Shown here piece after piece: positions 8,669-17,678 of a DNA stretch of 32,000 nt. Each line of letters starts with the position of its first letter. Positions within the stretch are counted from its first letter, which is position 1. The notes under the pieces were generated by a model. That model was not told the DNA's origin, ran no database searches, and saw only the letters and a list, made by a program, of their open reading frames with translations. The translations under genes were made by a program, and so were the position numbers. Origin of the DNA: Caedibacter taeniospiralis (GTDB lineage: Bacteria > Pseudomonadota > Gammaproteobacteria > Francisellales > Francisellaceae); NCBI RefSeq assembly GCF_002803295.2, contig NZ_PGGB02000008.1:1-32000 (forward strand), given 5' to 3'.

Positions 8669-9794
8669 GTCAACGACCCCACAAAATAACTATGTTAACC
8701 CTGCTTTTTATACGCAGTCCGATGTAGATGAGCTTTTAATTTATTGCCAGTCATTGTCTGTATCAGATGTGACGCTTCACCCTGGAAAACATGTCCTGGT
8801 AGATAAAGATGGTTGTCTATTTGCACTTGGCACTCGTTTATTATCCGCAAAAGATGTCGAAGATATGGCAAGGTTCTTATATGGCGATAATGCAGTAGCG
8901 TTAGCCTTGAGTGGTAAAGATCTGGATATAGGTTATTCTCTGACGAACTGTGGCAGCTTTATAGATCAGCGTTACCGAGTGAATATAACCGCTTGTCATT
9001 ATCGTTCTGGCGTATATAGTGTGGAGATTTCCATACGATTAATCAGTGCCAATCCACCCGCTCTAGAGCGTATTAGTGTAAGTCACGAATTGTACGAAGC
9101 ATTTACAATTTCACAAGGCATTGCACTGGTTTGTGGTGCTACTGGATCAGGAAAAACTTCATTGCTCGCGGCTGTTGTCCAAGAGCGATTACAATCCAGA
9201 CATAAGTCATTAAAAGTATTGACGTACGAATCCCCTGTCGAATACTTATATCGCACCAATGAAGATATATCTTCGGTGGTCAGTCAAACTGAAATTCCTC
9301 GCTACTTGCCAGGCTTTGCTCAAGGTGTGCGTAATGCTTTACGACGTAAGCCCGATTTGATTCTGGTAGGAGAATGCAGGGACCTGGAAACCATGGACGC
9401 CGTCATTGAAGCAGCTTTAACGGGGCACCCGGTGTATACCACACTTCACTCAAATGGGGTGGTTGATACAATAAAAAGAATTTTAAACCTGTTTCCTTAT
9501 GAACAAAGGCAATCAGGCGTTGATAATTTTTTGTCTGTCATTCGCTTAGTGGTCTGGCAAGTCCTGGTGCCTTGTTTACAAGGAGGGAGAATTGCGCTAA
9601 GAGAGTACTTAAAATTCGGGTCTGATATCAGAAAAAAATTATTGGCTGAGGACCCGGATAAGCTCAGCCACAGCCTGGATCATATTTTTAAAGCTGAGGG
9701 TTTAACGTTACAGCAAAGTGCTAAACTGGCGCTTGATGCTAATCAGATTTCTCCAGAAACTTATCACGAGGTTTTAAGAAATTATGCGAATTAA
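8640..9794 (+). CDS. dotB: DotB / TraJ-like AAA+ ATPase of the T4BSS
   Basis: Walker A GATGSGKTS, LTYESPVEYLY, RRKPDLILVGECRDLET, TGHPVYTTLHSNGVVDT. Synteny. Alternative start near 8652. Confidence 0.9.
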   Translation: MRWLMEQASKSTTPQNNYVNPAFYTQSDVDELLIYCQSLSVSDVTLHPGKHVLVDKDGCLFALGTRLLSAKDVEDMARFLYGDNAVALALSGKDLDIGYSLTNCGSFIDQRYRVNITACHYRSGVYSVEISIRLISANPPALERISVSHELYEAFTISQGIALVCGATGSGKTSLLAAVVQERLQSRHKSLKVLTYESPVEYLYRTNEDISSVVSQTEIPRYLPGFAQGVRNALRRKPDLILVGECRDLETMDAVIEAALTGHPVYTTLHSNGVVDTIKRILNLFPYEQRQSGVDNFLSVIRLVVWQVLVPCLQGGRIALREYLKFGSDIRKKLLAEDPDKLSHSLDHIFKAEGLTLQQSAKLALDANQISPETYHEVLRNYAN

Positions 9795-10029
9795 TACAGT
9801 GACGCATTGGCGTGATTCAAGTCGAGTTCCACGGTTATTTTTCATTGACGCGCGCGTGTTTATTGTTATTGCCGTGTCATTTTTTTATTTCAGGGTATGG
9901 ACATTATCGTTAGATATTATTTTGATTATTTTTTTCGTTGTTCTGTATAAACTTCGCATCACACTGACTGTATTTACGCGTGTACTGCGTACGCTGTTAT
10001 TAGGCAAGCAAAGAATTAAGTTAAAATAA
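9784..10029 (+). CDS. icmT: IcmT / TraK-like small membrane protein
   Basis: THWRDSSRVPRLFFIDARVF...RVWTLSLDIILIIFFVVLYKLRITLTVFTRVLRTLLLG, with the IcmT signature HWRDS...R.F.IDAR. Located between dotB and icmO. Confidence 0.85.
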   Translation: MRINTVTHWRDSSRVPRLFFIDARVFIVIAVSFFYFRVWTLSLDIILIIFFVVLYKLRITLTVFTRVLRTLLLGKQRIKLK

Positions 10030-10031
10030 TC

Positions 10032-12374
10032 ATGTCGAAAAAAGCATTCAGGGGATTACAGAGAAGCCAGGAGGCAAGCCCGGATAAGAGTATTCGAGAT
10101 GTTCGTCCGCTGAGCTTAAGGTTACATGACTTTATCCTGGACAGAACCTCTGGTTGCGCCTTAATGACCATGTTGACGGTTTGTTTATATCTTTTCCCTC
10201 TGGTAAATGATGCTTTGTTCGTCTTGATCCTGTTTTTATTCTCATACAGCTTTTGGCAGCGCCCAGTTTTGCCATTCAAACTGCCAATAGGCTCCAAGTT
10301 CAAAGATAAGAATGATTTGACCCCTGGGACAAAGAAACCAGGTTTTGCCCAAGGTATTTATTATTTTGGTAATGATATTAATACTGAGCATGAATTGTGG
10401 TTTTCAAATGATGACATGCGCACACATGCACTTATATTTGGCTCAACAGGCAGTGGTAAAACAGAAGCATTAATTTCTATGGCTTATAATTCGCTCGTTA
10501 GAGGCAGTGGCTTAATTTATGTTGATGGTAAAGGGGATAACGCGCTTTATGCAAAGATTTTTTCTGTTGCCAGAAACCTTGGCAGAGAAGATGACCTTTT
10601 GGTTATTAATTTTATGACAGGTGGTCAGGATATTATTGGTAAACAAAAAGATATTACCTCAAATACCCTCAATCCCTTTGCCGCAGGCTCTTCAAGCATG
10701 TTATCACAGCTTGTTGTCAGTCTGATGGGATCATCATCCAGTAGTAGTGATGGCGATATGTGGAAGGGAAGAGCAATTTCTTTTGTAGAAGCCCTGATGA
10801 GGGTCCTGGTTTATTTGCGTGACCAGGGTTATTATCAGCTGGATGCAAGTTTAATACGTAAATATTTTGTATTAGATGTTTTAGAAGATTTACTCGAGAA
10901 GGGTCAGGTAATTGACCAGTATAATAATATCACCCTGCTTAAAGAACAGTTCCCCTTTTCAGTCACCGACCCATTATATAACTATTTAGCAACATTACCC
11001 GGTTATCAAAAGAAAAATGTAGGCAAGCAATCTGATAAAACGTATGAACAGCACGGGTATATCACAATGCAATTAACCCGTATTTTTGGTTCTCTGGCAG
11101 ATGTTTATGCCTATATTATGCGTACAGATCTGGCGGAAGTAGATTTTGAAGACGTCATCTTAAATAGACGAATTTTAGTTGTGCTACTGCCAGCTTTAGA
11201 GAAAGCTCCTGATGAGCTTGCCAATTTAGGAAAGCTTATTATTGCGAGCTTAAAAACAATGCTGGCTTCTGGTTTAGGCAATAAATTACAAGGCAGTTAC
11301 AAAGAGGTTATCGATGCTAAGCCATCTAATGCCAGGGAGCCTTTTTTGTGTGTACTGGATTAATATGGGTATTATGCTGTTGAAGGGTTTGCTGTCGTTC
11401 CTGCACAGGCCAGATCTTTGGGATTTTCAGTTATTTTTGCGGGGCAGGATTTGCCTGCCTTCCAAAAAGCATCAAAAGAAGAAGCTGCATCGATTTTTGC
11501 GAATACCAACATTAAAGTATGTATGAAGCTGGAGGATCCAACAGAAACATGGGATTTTTTTAGTAAGACTGCAGGAGAAGCCTATGTGACAGTTGCCCGT
11601 AGTTACAACATGGGCAATGATGGAAATGCTTTTGGCTATAAAGACACCAGAGAAGCAGGGATTGAAAAACGTGCCCGAATTGATCTTATGGACTTAAAAG
11701 AACAGGCGCCAGGGGAGGCTCATATTTTCTTTAAATCAACTATTGTAAGAGCAAAAATGTTTTATGCTAATCCTCCGAAATCAAAGCAGTTGCGTGTTAA
11801 TCAGTTTATTAAAAATGTGCCCGTGGCAATTAATAAAGTAGATTTGCTTAAGTTAAGTTATAGCGGGGGAGTTAAACTTTCCAAGCCACCCAAGCCTTTG
11901 GAGCTTTCACCTGATTTAGTGGCCATTTCTGAACTGGCAAAGCTCTCGGCAATTGAAGATCTGCAAACTGAATATATGAATTATATGCGGGAAGGTAAGC
12001 AAAATCTGAATAATATCGTTAGCAAGATTAAGGCGCAGCTTTTAATTCAATTGCACAACTATCAAAATAGTTTACTGTTTTTGCACGTGGATCCGGCGCA
12101 CAGGGCATCAAATCCATTTAATGACCTTAACTATAACGAGTCAGTGATCGATGAAGATATGATGATTCAAGTTATGTATAAAGTGGGTATTAACTCAAAC
12201 TATGTGCCACAACGGATATTTGCAGAGATTTTACAGCTGTATCAACTTTTACTTAAGCCAACAGCATTCAATGTCTCAGATCAAAGTAAAGAGACAAAGA
12301 CCATTAAGCTAAAATTAGAATCGTTTAGCCAGCGTTTTGGAGGAGAGATAAATGAATCTGACTACAATTATTAA
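10032..12374 (+). pseudogene. icmO: IcmO/DotL (TrbC-like) type IV coupling protein, interrupted by one in-frame TAA at 11361-11363
   Basis: N part carries Walker A (FGSTGSGKTEALI) and ends FLCVLD*. The same frame continues YGYYAVEGFAVVPAQARSLGFSVIFAGQDLPAFQKASKEEAASIF...KLEDPTETWDFF to 12374. Total is about 780 codons, the size expected for full-length DotL. The track splits it into 10032..11363 and 11418..12374 (a TTG pseudo-start). Confidence 0.9.
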
Positions 12375-12648
12375 TAAATGGGTTGAAAACACAAAGTTCG
12401 GAGTCACCCGCGATGGCAAGAACATTTCTGCTCAAGAGCTCGCGTCAAATGCTCAGTTGCTTGAGTCTGTTTTTGCGTCAGTTGAAGCAAAATTATATCA
12501 TTTGTGTGAATCAGATTTTAAAGTTCAGCACAAAAATAATGCGTGGGTTATACAGTCTGAAAAATTATCAGATCAATTTCTAATTATATCAATGGCAATA
12601 AGAGAATTAAGCCAGCTGGAAAACGCAAATGGCGTGATTGAATTATGA
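12352..12648 (+). CDS. Small acidic/helical protein of unknown function between IcmO and IcmP; candidate coupling-complex adaptor
   Basis: 98 aa ORF overlapping the icmO 3' end by 23 nt and lying 31 nt before the icmP ORF. No motif recognised with confidence. Confidence 0.55.
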   Translation: MNLTTIINKWVENTKFGVTRDGKNISAQELASNAQLLESVFASVEAKLYHLCESDFKVQHKNNAWVIQSEKLSDQFLIISMAIRELSQLENANGVIEL

Positions 12649-12679
12649 TAAAAACACAGTAGCCAGAGGTAGATAATTT

Positions 12680-13735
12680 ATGTCTCAATCCAATCACAAC
12701 GCCGAGGGCAGCGAAATGACCATTATCTATATTATTGTGGTCATCCTGATTGCCTTGCTGCTGACCTATTACCTTTTCAAGGCTCAAATATTAGCAGTGT
12801 TATTTCAATGGAAGTTTTATGAATTAAAAACCATTGCTGCTTTTGTGCCCAAATATAAGAAAGTGATTGACTGGGTATTAACGATAAATCATGATCAGGT
12901 TACCTTAAAAAATATTTATTATCTGTGTATCGATATTGGTGTTGCATTAAGATATCCTCTCGTTCTCCTCAGTGCCGCTATGGTGATAATACTATACCGT
13001 TACCACCCCCAGTCTTACTATCAAAAACCCCATAATATGAAAACTCTGACTGAGTTTACTGGTGAGTATAACCCGATGGCTTTATCCGTTATTAATCTGC
13101 AATTGTCACAAATGGAACTGACTTCTGGTGCCTGGTCGATGGGATTATCTCCATTTGAGTTTGTAAGAAAAAATCGATTAATTTCCGAGCATAAGAAGCT
13201 TGATAGGAATAAAACATATCAGTTATTTTTAAAGCAATTAGGTGACAAATGGTCAACGTTAGGAAGACTTAATTTTTGTCAGTCAGCAATACTGGCTGCT
13301 TGTTGTACTTATATCGTTGGTGACAGGAAGCAGGCGGAGAGCTTTGTAAAAGGTATCGCAACCGTTGTGAAGAATGGCAAGGTGACCACACAGCAAAAAA
13401 GTCAGTTAATCCATAGTATTAAAGCTTTGGTTGCGCAACATTATAAACATGAAACAATTCAGACCATCGTGTCGCAACATGCGTACATCAATACAGTCAT
13501 AGCCGCCCTGCTACAAGAAGCAAAAGCTGGCGGAATCGTTCCTCCTTCGTTGTTTTTATGGATAAAACCATTAGATAGAACACTGTGGTATATCATTAAT
13601 AATCTTGGCAGAAAGTCAGTTTTTATCGAGGCTGCTGCTGTGAGCATGCATTTTAATAATGAAAGACGAGTTGGAGAGAAAATTGAATATCCTGCGATTG
13701 AGCAGCTGGTTACCGAGCTTGAGAGCTTGATTTAA
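12680..13735 (+). CDS. icmP: IcmP/DotM (TrbA-like) T4BSS coupling-complex protein
   Basis: N-terminal TM segments, FGxxR-type body with TGAWSMGLSPFEFVRKNRLI..., LLQEAKAGGIVPPSLFLWIKPLDRTLWYIINNLGR...VEAAAV-type C-terminal motif typical of IcmP. Confidence 0.85.
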   Translation: MSQSNHNAEGSEMTIIYIIVVILIALLLTYYLFKAQILAVLFQWKFYELKTIAAFVPKYKKVIDWVLTINHDQVTLKNIYYLCIDIGVALRYPLVLLSAAMVIILYRYHPQSYYQKPHNMKTLTEFTGEYNPMALSVINLQLSQMELTSGAWSMGLSPFEFVRKNRLISEHKKLDRNKTYQLFLKQLGDKWSTLGRLNFCQSAILAACCTYIVGDRKQAESFVKGIATVVKNGKVTTQQKSQLIHSIKALVAQHYKHETIQTIVSQHAYINTVIAALLQEAKAGGIVPPSLFLWIKPLDRTLWYIINNLGRKSVFIEAAAVSMHFNNERRVGEKIEYPAIEQLVTELESLI

Positions 13736-13834
13736 GTTTAGGCTTAAGTCCAGTTGTGGTCAGACAGTTTGTCTAAGTCAGCATGCTTATGTTATATTGC
13801 CTGCTCCTATCCCAAAATAGAAGAAGATAGCATT

Positions 13835-14374
13835 ATGCCTGTGCGTAAATTTAACGGTAAAGCTCCCCAGATCGCCGATGATGTATTTGTTGACCCAATG
13901 GCAACGCTGACGGGTGATGTCAACATTGGCAGCATGAGCTCCATCTGGCCCCATGTCAGCATTCGTGGGGACTTGCTCAACATTACTATCGGCAGCAAAA
14001 CCAATATTCAGGATAACTCGGTTATTCACACCACACAGTTCTTTGATAATCCAGGGCATGGGTTTAATGTACGCATTGGTGATGAGGTTACGATTGGGCA
14101 TGGTGCCGTTATTCATGGCTGCCATATTGGCAATCGCGTACTCATTGGCATGGGGGCGATCATTCTTGATGGCGCAACCATTGAAGATGATGTGATCGTG
14201 GGAGCGGGATCCGTTGTTGCACCTGGAAAACATCTTGAATCAGGATTCTTATATGTTGGTTCTCCTGCCAAACAGGCAAGACTACTCAAAGACAACGAAA
14301 AATCCTACATTAGAGCCAATGCACAAAATTACTATGAAGTGATGCAGCAACATAAAAAGGAGTTTGGTTTATAG
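13835..14374 (+). CDS. yrdA: Gamma-carbonic anhydrase family protein (YrdA-like, left-handed beta-helix)
   Basis: Hexapeptide repeats, SIWPHVSIRGDL, GHGAVIHGCHIGNRVLIGMGA, VGSPAKQAR. The ORF track begins at 13754, but the ATG at 13835 fits the family. Confidence 0.85.
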   Translation: MPVRKFNGKAPQIADDVFVDPMATLTGDVNIGSMSSIWPHVSIRGDLLNITIGSKTNIQDNSVIHTTQFFDNPGHGFNVRIGDEVTIGHGAVIHGCHIGNRVLIGMGAIILDGATIEDDVIVGAGSVVAPGKHLESGFLYVGSPAKQARLLKDNEKSYIRANAQNYYEVMQQHKKEFGL

Positions 14375-15009
14375 TGATGCTTACACTAAAAATGATACTG
14401 CGTTTTCTATTCATTACAGTTGTTTTATTGACAGGTGCCTGCACTACCATCAGCACGCCTAAATCCCCCCTCACTCCCACAAATCAGCCACAGATACAAT
14501 GGCAGGCTTATCAGAAAAATCTAGCCAGCCTTAACCATTGGCAAGCCTCTGGCGTCATTGGAATCATCATCGATCAAAGAGGTGAATCGGCTAATTTTAT
14601 TTGGAAACAAAACAACGATAATTTTTGGATACAAATCTATGGACCCTTGGGCATGGGAGCCACGATTTTTTCTGGTAATCAACAGCAGGTAAAGCTTGTG
14701 CGTAGTAACAAAAAAACGATACAAGCCCAGGACTTAAAAAGCTTAATGCAATCACAACTGGGTTGGAGTCTACCACTTGATGGGCTTTATTATTGGGCTC
14801 GTGGGCTTTTTATTCCTCAACTTCCATATCAAAACACCTTTAATGATTACGGATTGATAAAAACCCTGTCACAACAAGGCTGGAAAATCCAATACAGTCA
14901 TTACATGCTGTATGATGCTAAATACCCACTTGCTGAAAAAATGATATTTCGCTATGGTGATGACCTGAAAATTACACTGATCATCAAGTCATGGCTTTTG
15001 AACCCGTAA
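14374..15009 (+). CDS. lolB: Outer-membrane lipoprotein localisation protein LolB
   Basis: LTGACTT lipobox, WQASGVIGI, GPLGMGATIF, YWARG. Located immediately upstream of ispE, as is standard in gammaproteobacteria. Confidence 0.85.
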   Translation: MMLTLKMILRFLFITVVLLTGACTTISTPKSPLTPTNQPQIQWQAYQKNLASLNHWQASGVIGIIIDQRGESANFIWKQNNDNFWIQIYGPLGMGATIFSGNQQQVKLVRSNKKTIQAQDLKSLMQSQLGWSLPLDGLYYWARGLFIPQLPYQNTFNDYGLIKTLSQQGWKIQYSHYMLYDAKYPLAEKMIFRYGDDLKITLIIKSWLLNP

Positions 15010-15827
15010 CCTATCCTGCTTATGCCAAAGTTAATCTATTTTTACACATCCTCGGCAAACGCGATGATGGCTATCACAATTTACAAACCTGGTTTCAATT
15101 TATTGATCTGAAAGATTTTTTACATTTCTCAAGAAGGCGGGATGATCAGATCAGGCTCTCGAGCAATATAAGCATCGCACAAGATGAAGATAATCTTGTC
15201 TATAAAGCAGCGCAAGCCTTAAAACCTTATGCGCAACACTGTTTAGGTCTTGATGTTCATATTGATAAACATATCCCGATGGGAGCTGGTCTTGGGGGGG
15301 GAAGCAGTAATGCTGCGACTACGCTCATTGCATTGAATACACTTTGGCATTGTCACTTATCCAGTGAGAAGCTGCGTGCAATCGGACAAAGCCTGGGGGC
15401 TGATGTGCCGATTTTTATCTATCAAAAAGCCGCCTGGGCTGAAGGCATCGGTGAGACTCTAACAGCAAAAGCCTATCTTGAGCAGTACGCACTTATCATT
15501 AAACCTGACTTCCATGCAAGCACCGCAGTATTGTTTAATCATCCAGAGCTGAACAGGCATCAAACACCACTAGATCAATCAAGCGTTGCCAATCCGCTGC
15601 TATATGAGAATGTGTTTCTTGAGCTGATTATTAAACTGTATCCCAAAGTCTGGAATGAACTGCAAAGCTTACCCAATGCAGATGACCTGAGATTAACGGG
15701 AACCGGGGCTTGTTTTTATCTTCTTAGCACAGATTACAACCTGCTTTTGCGAAATCAGAAAAAGTTAAAAAAAGGTGTTGACAGCTGGATAGTGAAAACA
15801 TTAAACTTTGCACCTGTCGAGCGATGA
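14991..15827 (+). CDS. ispE: 4-diphosphocytidyl-2-C-methyl-D-erythritol kinase
   Basis: AYAKVNLFLHILGKRDDGYHNLQTWF and PMGAGLGGGSSNAATTL GHMP-kinase motifs. Confidence 0.97.
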   Translation: MAFEPVTYPAYAKVNLFLHILGKRDDGYHNLQTWFQFIDLKDFLHFSRRRDDQIRLSSNISIAQDEDNLVYKAAQALKPYAQHCLGLDVHIDKHIPMGAGLGGGSSNAATTLIALNTLWHCHLSSEKLRAIGQSLGADVPIFIYQKAAWAEGIGETLTAKAYLEQYALIIKPDFHASTAVLFNHPELNRHQTPLDQSSVANPLLYENVFLELIIKLYPKVWNELQSLPNADDLRLTGTGACFYLLSTDYNLLLRNQKKLKKGVDSWIVKTLNFAPVER

Positions 15828-15862
15828 CAACCCATTAACCAAGCGGGTTTCACTATCAACAT

Positions 15863-15937
15863 TGGGCTGTCGCCAAGCGGTAAGGCAACGGGTTTTGATC
15901 CCGTCATACCTAGGTTCGAATCCTAGCAGCCCAGCCA
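15863..15937 (+). tRNA. tRNA-Gln (anticodon TTG), encoded CCA
   Basis: TGGGCTGTCGCCAAGCGGTAAGGCAACGGGTTTTGATCCCGTCATACCTAGGTTCGAATCCTAGCAGCCCAGCCA folds as a canonical cloverleaf. Confidence 0.95.
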
Positions 15938-15982
15938 TAATAATCACCCCAGATTCCACGCAAGCCTCGGTCGTGAAAGCCA

Positions 15983-16957
15983 ATGAATGTATACAAAGCA
16001 GTTGCTACCTCAACAACAGAACAAAGCAATGAAAAACGTGGTGTTTTTACACGCTTAAAAGAGGGACTTAAAAAAACACGCAGTAAACTCAGTGCTGGCA
16101 TTGGGGATCTGTTATTGGGTAAAAAAATCATCGATGATGATTTGATCAATGAGATTGAAATGCAGCTTTTAACCGCTGACATTGGCGTTGAAGCCACTCA
16201 AGAAATCATCGAAACTGTGCGCAGCAAGGTCAGTCGCCACGAACTGCAAACGATGGAGGCTTTGATTGAGCTTTTAAAGCAAAAACTTAAAGAGATTATT
16301 GCACCGTGTCAAGCCCCATTAATCATTGACACAAAACATAAGCCTTATGTGGTTTTAATGGTTGGAATCAATGGTGCAGGTAAAACAACCACCATCGGTA
16401 AGCTTGCCAAGAAATTCCAGAGTGAAGGCAAGTCCGTCATGCTCGCTGCAGGAGATACCTTTCGTGCTGCTGCCGTTGAACAGCTTAAGGTTTGGGGAGA
16501 ACGCAATCATATTCCTGTGATTGCACAGCACACAGGGGCAGACAGTGCCTCGGTTATTTTTGATACCATACAGGCCGCTAAATCACGAGAAATTGATGTC
16601 GTCATTGCCGATACCGCAGGACGCTTACACACTAAAGATAATCTTATGGAAGAACTTAAGAAAGTCGCACGGGTCATGAAGAAGCTTGACAATAGCGCAC
16701 CACATGAAGTGATGCTTATGCTTGACGCAGGCACAGGACAAAATGCGATTACGCAGGCAGAAGTGTTTAACAAGATTTTAGCCGTCACGGGCATTACCTT
16801 AACCAAAATGGATGGCACGGCGAAAGGTGGAGTTATCTTTGCCATTGCCAAAAAGCTTGCCCTACCGATTCGCTTTATTGGCATTGGTGAAAAAATAGAC
16901 GACCTTCGCACCTTCAATGCTGATGATTTTATCGATGCGTTGTTTACTCAAGACTAG
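15983..16957 (+). CDS. ftsY: Signal recognition particle receptor FtsY
   Basis: GINGAGKTTTIGKLA, DTFRAAAVEQL, DTAGRLHT, TKMDGTAKGG, LPIRFIGIGE..DL..F. Confidence 0.97.
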   Translation: MNVYKAVATSTTEQSNEKRGVFTRLKEGLKKTRSKLSAGIGDLLLGKKIIDDDLINEIEMQLLTADIGVEATQEIIETVRSKVSRHELQTMEALIELLKQKLKEIIAPCQAPLIIDTKHKPYVVLMVGINGAGKTTTIGKLAKKFQSEGKSVMLAAGDTFRAAAVEQLKVWGERNHIPVIAQHTGADSASVIFDTIQAAKSREIDVVIADTAGRLHTKDNLMEELKKVARVMKKLDNSAPHEVMLMLDAGTGQNAITQAEVFNKILAVTGITLTKMDGTAKGGVIFAIAKKLALPIRFIGIGEKIDDLRTFNADDFIDALFTQD

Positions 16958-17065
16958 CCAGGCATCCCCACTTATTCTGTATAACCCAGTGCACCTAGCG
17001 TAAATCATTTCACGACGAGTATACCAAAGTCAGCAAAGGGCAAATTATCAAACACGAATAAAAAA

Positions 17066-17377
17066 TTATTTTAACGGAGACTCTTCTTCACTATCCAGCA
17101 TATTATATTGCTCAAGCTTCTTGCGAAATGTTCCGCGATTAAGCCCCAGAATACGTGCAGAACGACTCTGGTTGCCACCAGTGAAGGCCATGGTTGCTTC
17201 CAGTAAAGGACACTCGGTTTCTTCCATGAGAAGCTCATACACAGATTCAGGACTCAGTCCCTCTTGCGCCACCATCCTGTAGTAGTGCTGTACTCGCTTA
17301 CGCACCACCTCTCGCAATGGAAAAGTCTCCGCTGAGTCGCCATTTGGTTTTAATTTATAATGCATTGTTGCAGCCAT
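17066..17377 (-). CDS. fis: Fis-family nucleoid protein / DNA-binding regulator (paralog 1)
   Basis: C-terminal HTH ATMAFTGGNQSRSARILGLNRGTFRKKL. Confidence 0.85.
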   Translation of the reverse strand: MAATMHYKLKPNGDSAETFPLREVVRKRVQHYYRMVAQEGLSPESVYELLMEETECPLLEATMAFTGGNQSRSARILGLNRGTFRKKLEQYNMLDSEEESPLK

Positions 17378-17554
17378 AATCGTTTCCCTCTATTTTGAAA
17401 CATTGTTCATTAGCTATTGGTTAATATCCGGCAAAAGATTAATTGATTTAGCACCTAATAACAATAGCTTCACCGCTAAAAATTATTGTTTACGTGCAAA
17501 AAAATAATAAATTGATTAATACCTTTATGCCAATGACCCTACCTTAAGCATTTT

Positions 17555-17584
17555 ACTACCCCGCCTCGCAAGTGAAGGGGAGTT
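17555..17584 (+). repeat. Solo sequence related to the 6.2-6.7 kb element ends (ACTACCCCG...AAGTGAAGGGGAGTT)
   Basis: Shares ACTACCCCG with 6528-6536 and GTGAAGGGGA with 6624-6633. Lies intergenic between fis and secA. Confidence 0.5.
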
Positions 17585-17632
17585 TTGCAGCCCCATTGTT
17601 GATAGAAGCAAGTCCTGCAAGGTCAACTGATT

Positions 17633-17678
17633 TAATATACTACCCCAAACTGTCTTGACAGTTTGGGGTAGTATATTA
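17633..17678. terminator. Long perfect hairpin abutting the secA stop; probable terminator/repeat
   Basis: TAATATACTACCCCAAACTGTC-TT-GACAGTTTGGGGTAGTATATTA: 22-bp perfect arms, 2-nt spacer. It ends one base from the secA stop codon. Confidence 0.8.

Noticed and set aside
11361-11363. Selenocysteine/pyrrolysine recoding or codon reassignment at the icmO stop
   Set aside because: The codon is TAA, not TGA/TAG, and other genes in the window end normally in TAA.
11314-11526. Track ORF (70 aa) bridging the icmO break, suggesting a programmed frameshift
   Set aside because: The two icmO halves are in the same frame; the bridging ORF is in another frame and has no IcmO similarity. The lesion is a substitution-type stop, not a frameshift.
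13787-14233. 148-aa minus-strand ORF antisense to the gamma-carbonic anhydrase gene
   Set aside because: Shadow ORF opposite hexapeptide-repeat coding sequence, His/Asn-rich with no family features.
15863-15937. tRNA-Gln as attachment site for the Dot/Icm-containing element
   Set aside because: Housekeeping genes (yrdA, lolB, ispE) separate the cluster from the tRNA, and no repeated tRNA 3' end was seen elsewhere in the window.
16507-16917. 136-aa minus-strand ORF inside ftsY
   Set aside because: Shadow ORF opposite the conserved GTPase domain of FtsY.
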